Of a stretch of 36,167 nt of DNA, positions 35,301 to 36,167 are shown piece by piece. The notes under the pieces are model-generated. The model did no database searches and had not been told where the DNA came from. It saw only the letters and a list, made by a program, of their open reading frames with translations. Position numbers and translations under genes: made by a program. Each line of letters begins with the position of its first letter. Position 1 is the first letter of the stretch. The DNA is from an uncultured Oscillospiraceae bacterium (GTDB lineage Bacteria; Bacillota; Clostridia; Oscillospirales; Oscillospiraceae), in NCBI GenBank assembly GCA_964531435.1, contig CAZHEG010000001.1, positions 1 through 36,167 on the forward strand, given 5' to 3'.

Positions 35301-35386
35301 CAGCAGCGGATTCCGTGACGGTCCGTGATGGGGTCGCCCATAATGTGATTGGCAAGAAGAGGTAAAATAAGCTTTGGCTCAGACAT
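32312..35386 (-). CDS. Hanks-type protein kinase-like domain + Pro/Glu repeat linker + single TM + extracellular FN3-like repeats
   Basis: YIVK, YVDLRPEN, GDLG, YTAPE, DIYAAG, DRW; KKSRKK then TM LGVLIGVLSLLLALLLAGLGGY; FN3-like signatures (TSLSSGTTYRI, RGLTPGKTYSF, GLDISQDYTV, SLIPGATYDF); AAGGAGG RBS. Confidence 0.85.
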   Translation of the reverse strand: MSEPKLILPLLANHIMGDPITDRHGIRCCPAILKDTDQKYIVKIISFPANARQMDALLLSGAYSDRESALRYFQELADETVSEAKLLKKLSGLEGFWSYESWQLEPMEDGTGYDVYLLGNYVMTLERYLRKNSMTHLSAVNLGLDLCAALSLSRRNGYLYVDLRPENIVLSDSRGFLIGDLGFVKMSSLKYASLPDKYRSAYTAPEITDAYSSLNTTLDIYAAGMVLYQAYNGGILPEGAEELPAPAYADNEMSAIILKACAADPADRWQDPQEMGQALVGYLQRNTVNDTPIVPIPVEEPAPQKPAEEIPTGEPAVEEPVEETPAEEPIVEEPVEDTPIEEPIVEEPIEKTPAEEPIVEEPATEEPVPAVSIEDILAEEFPAEEPPTEEPVEETPAEEQPAEETSGDPDQISIEGFLFDTVIPDDLPEGDVTDEVSEMLAQADDLIAHELPGPVVAPEAIEVPMPEPILPEPEPEPEPEPEPETEPETEPEPAPAEPVPEEIRIPAPTPVIHTKKSRKKLGVLIGVLSLLLALLLAGLGGYHYYNTEYLQHIESVTVTTDEDWLTVTLDTEIDNTLLTVYCTDTYGNRLTQSVTDNTATFTSLSSGTTYRISVVISGTHKLTGETTGSITTAARTEIINYSIIAGDTDGSVILNFSVQGPDSELWYVYYSTEGEEEKSVQCSHMANIRGLTPGKTYSFRLVPQDDLYLVGDTSMDFTATNVIYAQNLTIHGFDGGALIADWSAPEGVSVSSWTVRCSSNSSGYVGTFVVSEPSIAIEGLDISQDYTVEVKAEGMIVGKSTSITANSVTFKDILVDHSNPDELLLTWNYEGTVPEGGWILSYTVDGGTPIQVVCEKNTCTVGSLIPGATYDFSFIMPEDVTVYPVTAQYTVPAAQAFSGYTVSAQNFIVKMCITPDKADWTWKDVKNSAYTTDFTAGQNAAFVLRLNAEYVTSPDVITTMFVIRDENGCPVSVQYSSETWTRMWYKGYCELELPELPAAPGSYTVEIYLNGMYIMDAPMAFTVT
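33892..33990 (-). repeat. 6-bp-unit low-complexity repeat encoding (EP)n/ETEP linker
   Basis: Repeated cgggtt/cgggct/ccggtt units encoding PEPEPEPEPEPEPETEPETEPEPAPAEP. Confidence 0.85.
34285..34460 (-). repeat. In-frame 42-bp tandem repeat (about 4 units; 14-aa consensus PAEEPIVEEPVEET)
   Basis: Plus-strand core ggttcctccac recurs at 34302, 34344, 34386 and 34428 (period 42); a further degenerate copy near 34190-34240. Confidence 0.9.
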
Positions 35387-35422
35387 ATCCTCGCCTCCTT
35401 GAGTAAATCGTTCTATCTTAAT

Positions 35423-35451
35423 ATGATATATGAAAAATGGGAAAATTGCAA
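35423..35451 (-). promoter_or_regulatory. sigma-A-type promoter for the kinase-like gene
   Basis: Minus strand TTGCAA (35451-35446), 17 nt, TATCAT (35428-35423). Confidence 0.55.
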
Positions 35452-35456
35452 TAACA

Positions 35457-35500
35457 TTTCCTGTTGTTTCCTGTAAAAATAAGTTGTTTCCTGTTCGACA
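35457..35500. repeat. Three phased TTTCCTGT direct repeats plus adjacent TTCGACA between divergent promoters
   Basis: TTTCCTGT at 35457, 35467 and 35487; GTTGTTTCCTGT twice (35463, 35483); TTCGACA at 35494-35500. Confidence 0.6.
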
Positions 35501-35522
35501 TAAATTTGTATCTGTTTTGTAA

Positions 35523-35551
35523 TTGCAATCGGGGTCGGACTATGTTATAAT
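35523..35551 (+). promoter_or_regulatory. sigma-A-type promoter for the zinc-ribbon/Ig gene
   Basis: TTGCAA (35523-35528), 17 nt, TATAAT (35546-35551) with TG extension. Confidence 0.75.
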
Positions 35552-35593
35552 AGCGAAAACATTGGCGGCGGAGCCGCCGGATGGGAGGAAAAC

Positions 35594-36167
35594 ATGAGTA
35601 AGGTTATTTGTGACGTCTGCGGCACGGCTTATCCCGAAACCGCCAGCCAGTGCCCCATCTGTGCCAGTGCCAGAAATTCCGGAAGTCAGACCGCTGCGGG
35701 AGAGACCATTGCCAGCGGCTATGTCCATACAAAAGGCGGCCACTTCAGCAAGAAGAATGTCCGCAAGAGAAATAAGGGCCAGTCTGCCCCCAAGAAGCGC
35801 AGCAATCCTAAGCCTGCAAGAGAAAAGGAGGACAGCAATGGCAGCAATACCGGCCTGATCGTTGTTGTGGTGCTCCTGCTGCTGGCCATTGCGGCGGTGC
35901 TGATCTATATCGGTATTCATTACTTCGGCGGCGGGGAAGAAAATCCTGATACCACTACCACTGCTCCTGCGCAATCCGAAGAGACCACGGTTCCTGATGA
36001 AACAGAGTCTTCTGAACCCGTGATCGAGTGTGAGGGCATTGAGCTTTCCGGCATCATCGTGGAGCTGACTGCCGAGGGTGAGAGCTGGCAGATCACTGTC
36101 CATGTGACCCCCGAGGACACCACCGAGGAGCTGGTATTCACCAGTGCCGATGAGTCCATTGCTACCG
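35594..36167 (+). CDS. Zinc-ribbon + TM + Ig-like (Big_2-like) membrane protein, partial (runs off the window; not in ORF track)
   Basis: Manual translation MSKVICDVCGTAYPETASQCPICAS (CxxC-x10-CxxC), Lys/Arg-rich stretch, TM GLIVVVVLLLLAIAAVLIYIGI, Thr/Glu linker, then QITVHVTPEDTTEELVFTSADESIAT; GGGAGG RBS. Confidence 0.85.
   Translation, partial: MSKVICDVCGTAYPETASQCPICASARNSGSQTAAGETIASGYVHTKGGHFSKKNVRKRNKGQSAPKKRSNPKPAREKEDSNGSNTGLIVVVVLLLLAIAAVLIYIGIHYFGGGEENPDTTTTAPAQSEETTVPDETESSEPVIECEGIELSGIIVELTAEGESWQITVHVTPEDTTEELVFTSADESIAT

Noticed and set aside
32936..35365. 809-aa plus-strand Gly/Phe-repeat ORF
   Set aside because: Antisense reading of the kinase-like gene; its repeats are the complement of the Pro/Glu repeats
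35540..36159. ORF-track calls 35540-36103 (-), 35610-35858 (+) and 35920-36159 (-)
   Set aside because: All overlap the better-supported plus-strand gene starting at 35594, which has promoter, RBS, zinc ribbon and TM

Overview
Chromosomal, GC-rich segment of an anaerobic Bacillota. Gene content and sigma-A-type promoters suggest a Clostridia, probably Oscillospiraceae-like (inference). It holds about 30 protein genes: YnbB-type PLP enzyme (partial), YugP-type Zn peptidase, TIGR04255 protein, YtqA/YhcC radical SAM, an ECF sigma plus membrane-anchored beta-propeller pair, trxA, PAP2-nrdG-dut, Na/Pi cotransporter, glutamine synthetase III, PF12897-type aminotransferase, LUD protein, D-lactate dehydrogenase, GtrA, a MacB/FtsX-type ABC pair, a complete eight-gene shikimate/Phe/Tyr operon, a UvrD/PcrA helicase, an S41-like protein, a kinase-like/TM/FN3 protein and a partial zinc-ribbon/TM/Ig-like protein. 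No rRNA, tRNA, CRISPR array or mobile element was seen. The top finding is absent from the ORF track: the aro operon leader encodes a 22-aa Phe/Tyr-rich peptide (MVFTASAAQFYFSSYYFFTEKK, 28408->28340) with its own RBS. It overlaps mutually exclusive 1:2, 2:3 and 3:4 helices ending in an intrinsic terminator, which fits a ribosome-mediated dual Phe/Tyr attenuator rather than the T-box usual in Bacillota. All family calls come from motif recognition by eye; no searches or folding programs were run.
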